A DNA stretch of 64,000 nucleotides from a virus (IMGVR_UViG_3300045988_162176:32001-96000), one strand, 5' to 3'. Positions 1 to 10,720 are shown, counted from the stretch's first letter. Program-made: numbers and translations. The notes: generated by a model not told the origin, from the letters alone.

Positions 1-123
1 ATAACAAGAAGACTGTTGATTATCAGTAAAAATAACTACATATAAATTATTTTCATCAAAAGCACTTTCAAGATTTTTCTCAAACTGTTCTTTTTTATGT
101 TTAATATACTCTTTCTTATTCAT
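1..123 (-). CDS. hypothetical protein, N-terminal part only (continues past window start)
   Basis: ATG at 123 preceded by a purine-rich RBS; reads MNKKEYIKHKKEQFEKNLE... open to position 1. Confidence 0.5.
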   Translation of the reverse strand, partial: MNKKEYIKHKKEQFEKNLESAFDENNLYVVIFTDNQQSSCY

Positions 124-212
124 TTATATTTATCTCTCACATTCCAGCCGCAATAGCCAAAGCCAACACACAACAAAAAATAATACCAATAATAACCATA
201 TTAATATTCTCC

Positions 213-728
213 TCATATAGTAAGCTTTTCCAACTTAAAACCACTCTCAGTAACCAAAGGAACAGACAAACCATTACACAAAGTATACAAGCAAGAGATA
301 ACAGCATAAGTACTATCAAGAAAAAATCCATCACTACAAACCTGAATAAGAGAAGTAAACTTAGACAAAGGAAGAGATTCAAACAACTCAGCCAGAGCTT
401 TCATAGTCCAACCATTCTTATTATCAACTGCATCTTGAACAGTCTGCATAAAATTCAAAAAAGTAACGCCAGTAGTAAAAGTAACACTACTATCTTGACT
501 ATACTTATAACCTCTATAAACAACATTGTCTACACGATTACAAAACTCAACAACCTTACTCAAATTACCGCGCTCAAGAGCAAGCAAATCAAAAGGAGCA
601 TTTTCACAAGAATACTCCCAAGTCATATCAATAGCCAAATTATCAACAATCAAGTGATGTTCACTATCTTCTTCGGTATAATAATTAAGATAAAGGATAT
701 CCTGAAAATTATAAACACGTTCAGACAT
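213..728 (-). CDS. hypothetical protein, paralog family A
   Basis: 171-aa ORF; C-terminal motif (LSKF..L......YAVIS.LY..C....L...GFK) shared with 731..1246. Confidence 0.75.
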   Translation of the reverse strand: MSERVYNFQDILYLNYYTEEDSEHHLIVDNLAIDMTWEYSCENAPFDLLALERGNLSKVVEFCNRVDNVVYRGYKYSQDSSVTFTTGVTFLNFMQTVQDAVDNKNGWTMKALAELFESLPLSKFTSLIQVCSDGFFLDSTYAVISCLYTLCNGLSVPLVTESGFKLEKLTI

Positions 729-730
729 TT

Positions 731-1246
731 TTAATTCTCCCCTGTCATATTAATAAACTTAAACCCTGCATCTGCCAATGTAGCAAAGTTAGGATTCTTA
801 CACATAAGATACAAAGCTGAAATAACAGCATACTCATCATTGATATCATCACTGTTATCAATCATAAGTTTAGCAAACTTAAACAAAGGTTGCTTCTTAA
901 AGACTCTCAAGAAACTATCCCAATCAACGCGCGAGCGTTGCTCGCAATCATAGTCATAAACACCGATTTTCTTATTGAAATTACTAATAAAATGTTCAAT
1001 ATAGCAACCAGAGTTATAACCAAAGATATCATTAGGATGTAACTTAAGAATAATACTGACAATATTATTTTCAAGGTCTTCTTTATTATCAGTGGTACGC
1101 TTTGTATAATCAATAGGATAGTCATTAGAATTCTTAAAAGGAGAGTTATTTTGAAGATAATCATCAGAAAGAGAAAGATATAAACAATCATTATTACTAT
1201 GATAAGCAATATCAATCATATCTTTAAATTTAAAACAAGTAATCAT
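731..1246 (-). CDS. hypothetical protein, paralog family A
   Basis: 171-aa ORF adjacent to its paralog; carries the GC-rich palindrome at 923-948 in frame. Confidence 0.75.
   Translation of the reverse strand: MITCFKFKDMIDIAYHSNNDCLYLSLSDDYLQNNSPFKNSNDYPIDYTKRTTDNKEDLENNIVSIILKLHPNDIFGYNSGCYIEHFISNFNKKIGVYDYDCEQRSRVDWDSFLRVFKKQPLFKFAKLMIDNSDDINDEYAVISALYLMCKNPNFATLADAGFKFINMTGEN
923..948. repeat. GC-rich palindromic mini-element, copy 1
   Basis: atcaacgcgcgagcgttgctcgcaat; hairpin GCGAGC-GTT-GCTCGC; translated as DCEQRSRVD. Confidence 0.8.
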
Positions 1247-1261
1247 AATTTAATTTGCTCC

Positions 1262-1780
1262 TTATTTTTTAGAGTTATATTCCTCTTCTAACTTCTTAGC
1301 CTTAGCTTTATCTTTGTCTGTAACCATACCATCAACAAATTTAATGTTTACCTTTTTAACTTCCTTAGTCTTATTCATATCACGAATTAGCGCGGGAGCG
1401 CTGCTCCTAATACCAGTTAATTCTTCAAGGTAAACATTTTCAACAGGCTTAACAATTTCAATACTACATCTATAAAAATTATAATTCTTTTCCATAATTT
1501 CAATAACTTCATCAACAAGTTCAGAAATATTCAAAGGAGAAGAATTACCATCATAAATAGCAGATTTAGCAAAAGAGTCAAACTGGTTTTTCAAAAGATA
1601 ATCAAAAGTATCGAATACATCTTGAAGTTCATACTCCATAATACTAGTACTTAACATCATATCATCACAAGGAGTAAAAGCTACGATACAAGGAGCGACC
1701 TCATTAGTATTCTCATAGATAGAATGAATAGTACGAAATACAGTATAAGTACCAAACGTATGAGTAAGAATAGAACCCAT
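1262..1780 (-). CDS. hypothetical protein
   Basis: 172-aa ORF in the gene train; carries a covarying GC-rich palindrome at 1385-1411. Confidence 0.75.
   Translation of the reverse strand: MGSILTHTFGTYTVFRTIHSIYENTNEVAPCIVAFTPCDDMMLSTSIMEYELQDVFDTFDYLLKNQFDSFAKSAIYDGNSSPLNISELVDEVIEIMEKNYNFYRCSIEIVKPVENVYLEELTGIRSSAPALIRDMNKTKEVKKVNIKFVDGMVTDKDKAKAKKLEEEYNSKK
1385..1411. repeat. GC-rich palindromic mini-element, copy 2 (covarying)
   Basis: aattagcgcgggagcgctgctcctaat; hairpin GGAGC-GCT-GCTCC; translated as IRSSAPALI. Confidence 0.7.
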
Positions 1781-1800
1781 AATTACACTTCCTTTATTTT

Positions 1801-2109
1801 TTAATTAAGCACATTATTAAGAAATCTCTTAGCATCTCTCTGAAAAGAATTCATAAAAGAATTCATATTATTATTAGAAATAAGTGTATAACAAGCAGTA
1901 GAATTATTTCCAATAATATAGTGAACTCTTTTATTTCTATTGAAATAGATAAAAAAGTTATATGCTCTATAAAAGATACCATCTTCCTCATCCCATTCAG
2001 CAGCGTAAACAGCAAATAGAATGATATCATTCTTTTTTGCTTTAAGGTACTTAATCTGGAACTTATTATTTTTATACTTAGCAGAGGTATTAAGTTTAAT
2101 ATTTCTCAT
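1801..2109 (-). CDS. hypothetical protein
   Basis: 102-aa ORF abutting neighbours. Confidence 0.7.
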   Translation of the reverse strand: MRNIKLNTSAKYKNNKFQIKYLKAKKNDIILFAVYAAEWDEEDGIFYRAYNFFIYFNRNKRVHYIIGNNSTACYTLISNNNMNSFMNSFQRDAKRFLNNVLN

Positions 2110-2534
2110 TATTCTTTCTCCTCATTTTTTTTATTTTCAGGATATTTTCTTTTTAAAAAATAATAAGCATTCTCATTAAAACACTTCATAAAAGTTTTAA
2201 AAGGAATGGGGTCATTAATGATACAAATACCCAAACTAAGGTCTTTACAAAGGACAAAAGAAGTAATATTATTACAAGAAGTTTTAAAGAAGAAATACAT
2301 ACGGTCAGCACTATCTGTAAACACACTACACTTATAATGAGCAAAAACAGAAGTATTATTAGGATTAACATGTCTAAGAACAGTAATCTTGTATTTTTTA
2401 TCTTTTAAAGTATCCATTATATTTTTATTAAGCAAAATAGACTTCATAATCAACGCGCGAGCGTTGCTCGCAATACAAACTCCATTCACAGGGGAAGTTC
2501 TAAGTTCAGTGTTCGTGCAAGCACTCCACTTCAC
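2109..2534 (-). CDS. hypothetical protein
   Basis: 141-aa ORF, apparent GTG start downstream of promoter 2610-2638; contains the GC-rich palindrome at 2448-2474. Confidence 0.65.
   Translation of the reverse strand: MKWSACTNTELRTSPVNGVCIASNARALIMKSILLNKNIMDTLKDKKYKITVLRHVNPNNTSVFAHYKCSVFTDSADRMYFFFKTSCNNITSFVLCKDLSLGICIINDPIPFKTFMKCFNENAYYFLKRKYPENKKNEEKE
2448..2474. repeat. GC-rich palindromic mini-element, copy 3
   Basis: Identical 24-nt core to copy 1 but in a different reading frame (IASNARALI). Confidence 0.8.
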
Positions 2535-2609
2535 ATAAGAACTTCCAGAATTTTGGTGTTACGAAAGACAGATATTTATATTTTATCAATTATCTTTCTC
2601 AGTATAGAT

Positions 2610-2638
2610 ATAATAACAGATATAGAGTAAGAAGTCAA
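2610..2638 (-). promoter_or_regulatory. sigma-70-type promoter
   Basis: TTGACT-17-TATTAT with TTTATTAAAC upstream. Confidence 0.6.
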
Positions 2639-3400
2639 TAGTTTAATAAAGATTTTTCTTGTTATTGTAATGATTTTTTATTGTAATGGTGTTTCTGAGT
2701 AATGATTTATAATTACGAAGGTGCTTCATTGCGATGATTTTTATTGCAATGGTGCTTCGCCGATAATCCACCGTGATGCGGTGTTTGTATCATTATGAAA
2801 GATGGTCGCATTACGCTCCGTCCGTCGCTAATGCTCTCTCTTTCATAATGCAAACATCCTCTCGCGGTTACAGCCAAAAATAGAAAAAGAAGGCATAAGA
2901 GTTTGTAATCGTTCGCAAGGCTCACTTCAACAAACTCTAATGCTTTTTCTAGTTTTTGACTGTACTTTTTTCAAATGAAACAGGAAGGTATTACTTATTA
3001 TTATAGAAATATTGAGATAAAAGTTATAGAAAATGTAGAGTTTCTTAGTGAATACGAGCGTAAGCGAAGTATGAAATTAGAAACTCTCCTGTTGAGGGAC
3101 TTTTTTAAAAAAACGTACATTTTGAAATTTCAACAAATTTCTAAATATAGTAAATATAAGGGTTTTAAGAGGGTCAGGTCAAAATCCTTCCATAGAAAGA
3201 AAAAACATTTTATTTCTCTGTCTCGGTTACAGACGGTAACAAAATTACGAATTAAAAATGTCATAAACCCTATATAAATACTGTATTTAATTTTAAAAAT
3301 CCTTAAATGGGATTCTCCAATACTAATATCTATTATATAATATATCCGAAACTGTTTTAAAGAATTTTTTAAATTTAAAATTAGAAAACCCTTATTTTAT

Positions 3401-3429
3401 ATGATAAAAACGAAGATAAATTTTGTCAA
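3401..3429 (-). promoter_or_regulatory. sigma-70-type promoter firing into the non-coding region
   Basis: TTGACA-17-TATCAT. Confidence 0.5.
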
Positions 3430-3494
3430 AAATTTTGCATTTCAGAACGAAACTGTCACCGAGGAAGAAATAAACATAGAAAAATAAAGGTTTT

Positions 3495-4886
3495 TCAATT
3501 TTTATCCTGATAGTTTTTAATTTTTGTCCATGATTTATTAAACAAATCTTCCCATATAGAATTTTTTTCAGTAAGATTAGAAGAAAGAGAATTAAAATTT
3601 TGAGGAATAAGCTTATCTAAGTTAAGTTGAATAAGGTCTTTATTTAACTTTTCATATAAGAAAGTTTCATAATATTGCGAAAGTTGAAAAGCTTCCTCTT
3701 CTTTTTTGTCAATAAAATAAACAGTTCCATCAGGTTGATTGATAACATTTCTTGAATTTGGTATTTCTTTAGCTTGTCTACTCTTTTTTAATTTAGAAAT
3801 TTTCTTTTGAGTTTCTTTATTATTAGTAGTTAAATTCTTTTTTAATAATACATCATCAATATCAGAAGTTTGTTTATAAAGAGATGCACATACAGCAATA
3901 TGTTCAGTAGAATATCTAATTAAATAAGATGGATAAGCAAACAAAGCACCAAGATTAATGATAAGAGAGTGGGTTAATTTCTTTTGAAATTCTTTTAATA
4001 ACCCTTTTTCTAAAATATCAGAATAACCTTTACAATTATACTCAGCAAAGATTTTACCGCGAATATTAACAAAAGTATTTAATTCATTTGGTTTTAAAGG
4101 TCTTTCTTTGTAGGTAACTAATAAAGGCGATTTATCTTTTAATGGTAAATAAAAATTACCATCTTCTTCATATATAGTTGAATAATCAGCATTAAAAGGA
4201 AGTCTATCTTTTTCTATAAATCCACCAACAAATACATCTTGAGGAAAAATAACTCCATCTTTTTCTAATTTATCAATAATAGTTTCTATTTGATAAAAAT
4301 TTTGTTTAGAAGTATGAGAATCATAATCGTCTAAAAGATTTTGAGTTCTTTTAGTTATATTATGAGCAGTTTCTTTGTTATTTCTTAATTCACGGATTTC
4401 TTTTTTAGGTTGAGTAACAAAAGGATATTTTGAATCTCTTAAATTTAAAGTATATTCTTCTAAGCGTCTACCATAAGAATAAGGAGAAAAATGAAATTGT
4501 TTATAATTTTCATTTTGTAATCCTATTGCAATAGCTAAGTCTCCTTTAGACATACAAAGATTTTCTCTTTTAGTATACTAACCATATACATTAAGAAAAG
4601 CGCAAAAAATCCATATAGCTGTATTTTGATATAATTCTTTTGCAACAGCACGATAATATTCATCAGGAGGAACTATTTTAATACAGGTAAATTTATCCTT
4701 GTTCTTTCTCCAAGTAAAACATTTCTTCCAATTTTCTAATTGTTTTTTCTAAAATTTCTTTTGCGATGGAGAAGAATAATTAGGTTCATCAAGTAGCTTG
4801 CAAAGTTCTTTATAGCTATTGACGGTGGAAACATTAGATAGTTTTTCCTAAACTCTAAGATAAAGGCTCTATTTCTAATCAGCCAT
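3495..4886 (-). CDS. hypothetical protein, TAG-recoded (5 in-frame TAG in the N-terminal 110 codons)
   Basis: ATG at 4886 with RBS AAAGGAGATAATTT; frame runs MAD*K*SLYLRV*EKL... straight into the 352-aa ORF 3495..4553; length is a multiple of 3. Confidence 0.7.
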
Positions 4887-4954
4887 AAATTATCTCCTTT
4901 ACATAAGTAGTATTAATAGTTGCACAATATGGCGAATTCTATTAATCCATATAT

Positions 4955-4983
4955 AGTGTAACATATAAAAATCAAGCTGTCAA
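4955..4983 (-). promoter_or_regulatory. sigma-70-type promoter
   Basis: TTGACA-17-TACACT upstream of the recoded gene start at 4886. Confidence 0.55.
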
Positions 4984-5074
4984 GTACAATTTAAAATAAA
5001 AAACAAACTTGTTTATCCGATATGAGATAAACAAGTTTAAAATAAGTTATGAAAATAGTTTAAAATAATGTTTA

Positions 5075-5398
5075 TTATCTAAGCTGATAATTTTTTTCAA
5101 GAAAACGTTCAGAATTAGAAATATATTTTTCGGTAATATCTTCCGCAGTAAAGACCTGAATACAAAGGAATTGAACAGATTCTAACTTTCTTCTTGGAAA
5201 AGCAAAATCAGGATTGATGTTAATGTCTTTTAAGATATCTGTAAGCCATTCTCTCGCATCATTAATAGTTTTAAATCTTTTTGCTTGGTCAAAAGAACGG
5301 AAAGGAGAAGGAAGAGAAAGGAGGACATAGCCAGCATAAGTGGTACGAATTTTACCTTGTTCATAATAAGTAAACTCAATGATAAACTGATTTTTCAT
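5075..5398 (-). CDS. hypothetical small protein (TYAGY family)
   Basis: 107-aa ORF; shares a ..TTYAGY...F..A..F....A..W motif with 5410..5799, 22389..22775 and 22787..23119. Confidence 0.7.
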   Translation of the reverse strand: MKNQFIIEFTYYEQGKIRTTYAGYVLLSLPSPFRSFDQAKRFKTINDAREWLTDILKDININPDFAFPRRKLESVQFLCIQVFTAEDITEKYISNSERFLEKNYQLR

Positions 5399-5409
5399 TT
5401 TATTCTCCT

Positions 5410-5799
5410 TTAAATCTTCTCTACATCTTCTGTATTAATAACGATTTTGGAAATGTAAGTGGAAGAATTTTCCCTCTCAGTAATAATCTTAAAGTAATTC
5501 TTCTGCTTTTCATAGAAATTCTTAGCCGCTTCAATATTGTCAAATTTTTCAGCTTCATTGAAGTCACAGTAAGGATAAGGCCACCAATTATAACCAACCC
5601 TATTATAACCAGCATAAGTGGTCTGAATAAAGTTATTAGAATCCTTCCAAACAAACTTAATAACGTAATAGGTCATGAATTTAGACTGTACAGTTAATTT
5701 GCTTTTTTCACTTTCCCAATTACATCGAGTACATGTTACTCGACCATAGTAAGCATTAAATTCAGCGATAGCACCGCACTGAGGGCAAATTTTGCACAT
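5410..5799 (-). CDS. zinc-ribbon protein (TYAGY family)
   Basis: 129-aa ORF; N-terminal CxxC...CxxC (CKICPQCG...CTRCNWE). Confidence 0.75.
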   Translation of the reverse strand: MCKICPQCGAIAEFNAYYGRVTCTRCNWESEKSKLTVQSKFMTYYVIKFVWKDSNNFIQTTYAGYNRVGYNWWPYPYCDFNEAEKFDNIEAAKNFYEKQKNYFKIITERENSSTYISKIVINTEDVEKI

Positions 5800-5867
5800 A
5801 TTGCTTCACCAGTTTCCTTTCACGGCTCAAATTTGAAGTCTTACGAATTCTTTCTTTTTGTATTTAC

Positions 5868-5896
5868 AGTATAGCAAATCACAAAGTAGAAGTCAA
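5868..5896 (-). promoter_or_regulatory. sigma-70-type promoter
   Basis: TTGACT-17-TATACT. Confidence 0.6.
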
Positions 5897-5944
5897 GTAT
5901 TTAATAAAAAAGAAGAGCCAAAATGACTCTTCTTTATAATATCA

Positions 5945-7708
5945 TTATAATTTTTTTGCGTGGGTTGAAGTAGCAAAACTATTATTATATATTTCCTTTT
6001 TCCATGATGGCCATAACTCAGCAGTTTTTCGAACTGCATTATAAACAGAGGAATAATTTTTAACCTTTTCAGATGATGGTAGGGTGCTTTTCAATTCGTT
6101 CTATCTTTCTTCAAGTCTTCTCCTACGTTCTTCTTCTTGGATTTCATTAAGATTATACAAAATAACATCATCAATAGCCTCGATAACTTCATTCAGCTTA
6201 TGAACAATATCGGTAGTAAGTTTAGTATTTACTTCATAGCTATAAGCAGAATCAGTAAGATAAAGCTTACTAAGATAATTAGGAAGTGAATCAGCACTAG
6301 TAACTTTTCTGCTGGATGGAGGTGATGCATTATCTGTTGTAGATGTGTTAGAATCTTTTTCATTTTTACAATCATTTACATATTTATCATTTACATATTT
6401 ATCAAGATAAGGAAACTGCTTAAAATTATCTTCACTTAACTTATAAACAGAATCAATACGAGCCATTTCCTTGACGCAATTAAGGTCAGACATGAGATAG
6501 TTGCCGATGCGCTTATAATAGTTCTCATAGGGATAAATCAAACTAAGTTCCTTGTCAACTTCAAGGTAATTATATGTTTTATCTTTATAAGAGACAATAA
6601 TAGGTGTCCAACAATAATAGCAATACTTATCATTATATCCAATGCGAGAAATATAGCCAACAGAATTATTGTTATTATAGACAACATCACCGAGCTTAAA
6701 GACAGGTTTGGGCTTTTCTATATCAACACTACCAACCTTATGCGTTCCAGTATCCGTATCATTGTTATCAATGGTAACAACAGACTGATTATTATTTACT
6801 TTAACAGTTTTAGTCTCAGGTTCTTCTTTAACTTCTTTTGTGTAATCCTTGTACTTTTCTTTCATCCAGCTCTTAAATTCATCGAAAGTTTTTTTAGAAA
6901 AATCGGAAGCTGAATAAAAAGTGTCCACCACTCGTGTACAAATTTCATCCAAATCCTCATCAGAAAAGCCAGCAAATTTCTTAACGGATTCTTTACACTT
7001 ATTTTTAGCAGTATTTGTATGGGTTTCAAGGAAGCCATCAATTTTTTTGATAGCTTCATCGAGTTCTTCCTGTGAATAAAATGCGGATTTTAACTGGGTA
7101 TCGACACCCGTTTTTCCCTTATTTTTAGGGAAGTAATTTTTTTCGTTTTCAGTCATTTTTTTGTCCTCTTTCGGGAGACATTTTTCAGTCTCTTTCTCAA
7201 TTTTGTCCTTTAAATCATCAAAAGTTCGTAGGGTAGAAAACTGCCCAACCTTTTCTTCATATTTCTTATCTTCTTCTTGAGTTAAAAGGAATAACTTTTG
7301 AATATCTTCCTTTTCCTCTTTTGTGGGAAAAGTTGTAGGAGACTTCATCGTGTCAAAAATGCTCCAAAGCACATTATAATTTTGAACAAAAGTAATAATA
7401 TTCCAATCTTTAATAGCAGGAATTGTGATTGCATTGCTATCAACATAAAGATAGTACTTAGAAGCAAGGTCATAACGAGTTAACTTTTCATAAGTATTAT
7501 AATAATGACCGCCAGCCCAATCTTCGTTGCAATCTTCACTATGAATACAACGAATATTAATTGTTATTCTACGACCATCAAAAACGACATAGGAAGAAAC
7601 TTCCCAAATATTATAAAACTTGTCGATTAAAATATCTCCCTCTTCAATATTTTCCCAAACATATTGAGCAAAAGCTACGGGATTAGTGGGGAAATCATTC
7701 TTTTTCAT
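5945..7708 (-). CDS. hypothetical protein with TAG read-through extension
   Basis: 535-aa ORF ends at TAG (6101-6103); the same frame stays open 51 more codons to TAA at 5945-5947. Confidence 0.65.
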
Positions 7709-7719
7709 ATTATTCTCCT

Positions 7720-8160
7720 TTACTTTTCAGGGGCATCCTTAAAATCAACAATATCTGTAGGAATATCGCCAGTATCATACTCAATCTTAACACCAGTGTT
7801 CTTGTAAGGAGCATCCTTAAGAGTGAGCTTCTTATCAATCATAGGAGTCAAATCAAAATACTCTTCAATTTCCTTGTCAGTAAGAAGAAGAGCCCCAGTA
7901 AGAGCGCCTACAATCAAATAAAGAGGGTTTTTATGATTATCCTGAGATTTAAGCTCTGTAGAGAAGATAGCACACTGAGTATCATTTTCCTTAAGGATGT
8001 ACTTGACATCATTAGGATTGTCACTATCTTTAGTATCAGGAGTAGGAAGGTTCTTCTTACAAGTCAGCTTGGGAAATTCCTTCTGACGAGCAAGAAGTGT
8101 GTAGTTACGAGAAATGCCCTTACGAGCCTTGAAATTGCGTGCCATACGAGATTTAGGCAT
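7720..8160 (-). CDS. hypothetical protein
   Basis: 146-aa ORF in the gene train. Confidence 0.75.
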   Translation of the reverse strand: MPKSRMARNFKARKGISRNYTLLARQKEFPKLTCKKNLPTPDTKDSDNPNDVKYILKENDTQCAIFSTELKSQDNHKNPLYLIVGALTGALLLTDKEIEEYFDLTPMIDKKLTLKDAPYKNTGVKIEYDTGDIPTDIVDFKDAPEK

Positions 8161-8192
8161 TATAGTTATCTCCTTTTTTAAATTGTTTTATT

Positions 8193-9017
8193 TTAAATCC
8201 AGTAATTGTAATAATTATTATGCGCTCTTTCTTTTTCAGTAGCAATAGAATCAGAATTAAAATTTAATATTGAATTAACTGCATTAATAGACAAATGAAG
8301 TTTGTGAATTGCAACCATTGTTTGTCTTATTTCATTACAATTTTTTGAATTATTTATAATATTATGTTGTTCTAAAGTGCGCCAAATACAAGATTCTTTT
8401 TCATATTTATCAAGAGTAATACGAATTGTTAAATAATCTAAAAGAGCAAATGCAAATTGTAAATCATGCCAATGACGAGTAATATAAAATCCCAAACTTC
8501 CAAAATACTTGTTACAAATTTTGTTGTTGCCGTTTAATGCGCGTTCAAATGCTTGAGTAATAACAACCTCATTTTCTTCAAAAAATGTTTTTCTTTCGAT
8601 AATGTCAAACCAAGTAATATGGAAAAGTTTACCATTTAATAGGTTGTTATAAGATGCACCATCATTAAGATAAGTAAAAGGTTGTGGCAGTTTTCCACTT
8701 GTTTTTGCATTCCATAATGAAGCATTACTTACAAAAGACACAAACCAACTTGGTTGCCATACAATTAAGTCATAGCAATATTCAAGAATAGCATCGAATT
8801 TTTTAGAAATGCTATAAAGAATCATCCAATCATTTTTGTTCTCAGGCTTTTTATAAACAAATTCCCCAAAATCCATATCACCTAAATCTTTCGTCAAGCA
8901 AGTCATAGCTGCAATAAATTGAACAATATTATGTCTGTTAGGCTTTTTCCCTTTAGAAAGAATTTTAGCTTTTTCAGCTTGATATTCATCTATGTTATAC
9001 ATATCTAAATAAATCAT
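8193..9017 (-). CDS. hypothetical protein
   Basis: 274-aa ORF. Confidence 0.75.
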   Translation of the reverse strand: MIYLDMYNIDEYQAEKAKILSKGKKPNRHNIVQFIAAMTCLTKDLGDMDFGEFVYKKPENKNDWMILYSISKKFDAILEYCYDLIVWQPSWFVSFVSNASLWNAKTSGKLPQPFTYLNDGASYNNLLNGKLFHITWFDIIERKTFFEENEVVITQAFERALNGNNKICNKYFGSLGFYITRHWHDLQFAFALLDYLTIRITLDKYEKESCIWRTLEQHNIINNSKNCNEIRQTMVAIHKLHLSINAVNSILNFNSDSIATEKERAHNNYYNYWI

Positions 9018-9904
9018 GTAGCTGTCCTCAATAATTCAGTACATTCTGCAACAACTCTGTGAGCATTTTCACGCAAAGTTCTATCAAATTCTCCCTCAAT
9101 TTCTTCCCCAATGATTTCAGCGGCAATATTATTAAATCTTGTGTGAGGAATGGTTTCAAAGAAATTTGTTCCTTCTCCACCTCTAGCAAAAGTTAAATCG
9201 GCAGTAACGGGGAGGAGGGGATTATCATTACCAACGGCTGTAACAGGAACAAAAGGGTTATAAATAACTTGGGTGTTTGGTTGAGTGCAATGAATATAAA
9301 TCATGTTATTTATTGGATTGTAAATCATATTGTCTACTGGATATCGACTTACACCCTTCTTTTTTACCAAGATATAATTGCCATAAAATCCCATTAACTC
9401 AGTTAAAATCTTAATAGTTTTTACAGAAATACTTTTATAAATAGGATTAAGATAATTTTTTGGGGCATCAAGCATAAGAAAAAAATCATCTATAATTGAA
9501 ACACAATTTTTTAAAGCCTTGAGATATTTATACATTAGACTATAATTTTTAATGGCGTCATTTTTAACAATGAAATCTGCATTAAAAGAAGTATTCATTT
9601 CAGTATAATAACCAACCCAATTACAAAAACTAGTTATTTTTAATCCATCTTTGTTCTTTTTATAGTCAAAGAAAGGATTATTCATGAAAAATGGAACAGT
9701 TACATCTGGATTTTCAGTTCGAAGCATAGTAATATAAGGAAGTATTGGAAGAGTAGGTTCAAGATAATTAAACAATACCGCAAATTTATCAGGGCAAATC
9801 TTTTCATTGTCAAAGAAAGAATTAAAAGGAATTTCAACAAGAATCTTTAAGAAAGAGACAAATTGTTTTTTAATATCCTCACAAGTAATTGTTTTATTTT
9901 CCAT
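9014..9904 (-). CDS. hypothetical protein
   Basis: 296-aa ORF, 4-nt overlap with the downstream gene. Confidence 0.75.
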   Translation of the reverse strand: MENKTITCEDIKKQFVSFLKILVEIPFNSFFDNEKICPDKFAVLFNYLEPTLPILPYITMLRTENPDVTVPFFMNNPFFDYKKNKDGLKITSFCNWVGYYTEMNTSFNADFIVKNDAIKNYSLMYKYLKALKNCVSIIDDFFLMLDAPKNYLNPIYKSISVKTIKILTELMGFYGNYILVKKKGVSRYPVDNMIYNPINNMIYIHCTQPNTQVIYNPFVPVTAVGNDNPLLPVTADLTFARGGEGTNFFETIPHTRFNNIAAEIIGEEIEGEFDRTLRENAHRVVAECTELLRTAT

Positions 9905-10698
9905 TAATAATCATCCCCACAATTCTCGTCATTAGGAATATCTGGAGTAGAATTAAACGTGTCCCCATGTTCATTAAAACCATGATAATAAATACACTTT
10001 TCCATGTCTCTGCTAATTCGCGTAATAAGAAAAAGATTGTAATCAAATTTACTTTTCTTTAGGCTGTTTTCACAAACTTTCAATTCACTTGTAGAATAAT
10101 AAGTAAGGTCAGTAATATGAGTACCAAAACAACGCCCGTTAAGCATTGTAGCTATAGGATAGCTTTCTTTTATTAAATCTCTAAAAGCCCAAATTACAGT
10201 TAAAGCTCCCCAAACATCTTCCATAATACAATATAAGAAAATGAAAAGGTTTTTTTTATTTTGCTTTTTTAAATCCATAATTAATTTATCAGTGTCTTCA
10301 AATAAAGTGATTTCTGATTCAAGAAACTTTTGGCTCAATTGTTCTGGACGTAAACCGTAATCAAGAACAACCTTATCGTAATTTTTAGTATGAGAAACTA
10401 AAAAGTTTTCTTCCATGCAGTCAAGCCAGCTGCTATTAAACATGATTGACTGTTTAGCGGGAAACATGTAAAAATTACGAGGATTCTTTAAGGTTAAAAG
10501 ATACTCATAAGTAGGAACAAAAGCAAAAAACCACTCACGATATTGAAATAACACATCAATAGTCATTTCATTAAAAAGAATTGGTTCGAATAATACGTCT
10601 TTGTTTTGTTCAATCAATCCATTTTTACCTAAAATATGTTCAGTTATATCCACAGCATTAATAACATTCGCATTAGGAGGAGTTACTTTCATTGCCAT
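9904..10698 (-). CDS. hypothetical protein
   Basis: ORF 9904..10761 trimmed to MAMKVTPP (RBS AGAGGTGAAAGT) because promoter 10721-10749 lies inside the longer ORF. Confidence 0.7.
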   Translation of the reverse strand: MAMKVTPPNANVINAVDITEHILGKNGLIEQNKDVLFEPILFNEMTIDVLFQYREWFFAFVPTYEYLLTLKNPRNFYMFPAKQSIMFNSSWLDCMEENFLVSHTKNYDKVVLDYGLRPEQLSQKFLESEITLFEDTDKLIMDLKKQNKKNLFIFLYCIMEDVWGALTVIWAFRDLIKESYPIATMLNGRCFGTHITDLTYYSTSELKVCENSLKKSKFDYNLFLITRISRDMEKCIYYHGFNEHGDTFNSTPDIPNDENCGDDY

Positions 10699-10720
10699 AC
10701 TTTCACCTCTATTCTTTAAT

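Noticed and set aside
137-382. Nested or alternative-frame minus-strand ORFs (for example 137..382, 907..1215, 2186..2371, 13277..13621, 17043..17243, 22819..23097, 28274..28555, 42162..42470) and most + strand ORFs of 60-135 aa
   Set aside because: They overlap longer ORFs that have better start contexts or paralog support. Their translations are Leu/Ile/Phe-rich low-complexity strings, typical of off-frame reading of AT-rich coding DNA.
6980-7060. KIDG in the 5945..7708 protein as a possible ligase/nucleotidyltransferase motif I (KxDG), which the tRNA-splicing hypothesis would call for
   Set aside because: It is an isolated tetrapeptide. None of the other ligase motifs (III, IV, V) is recognisable nearby, so chance is the likely explanation.
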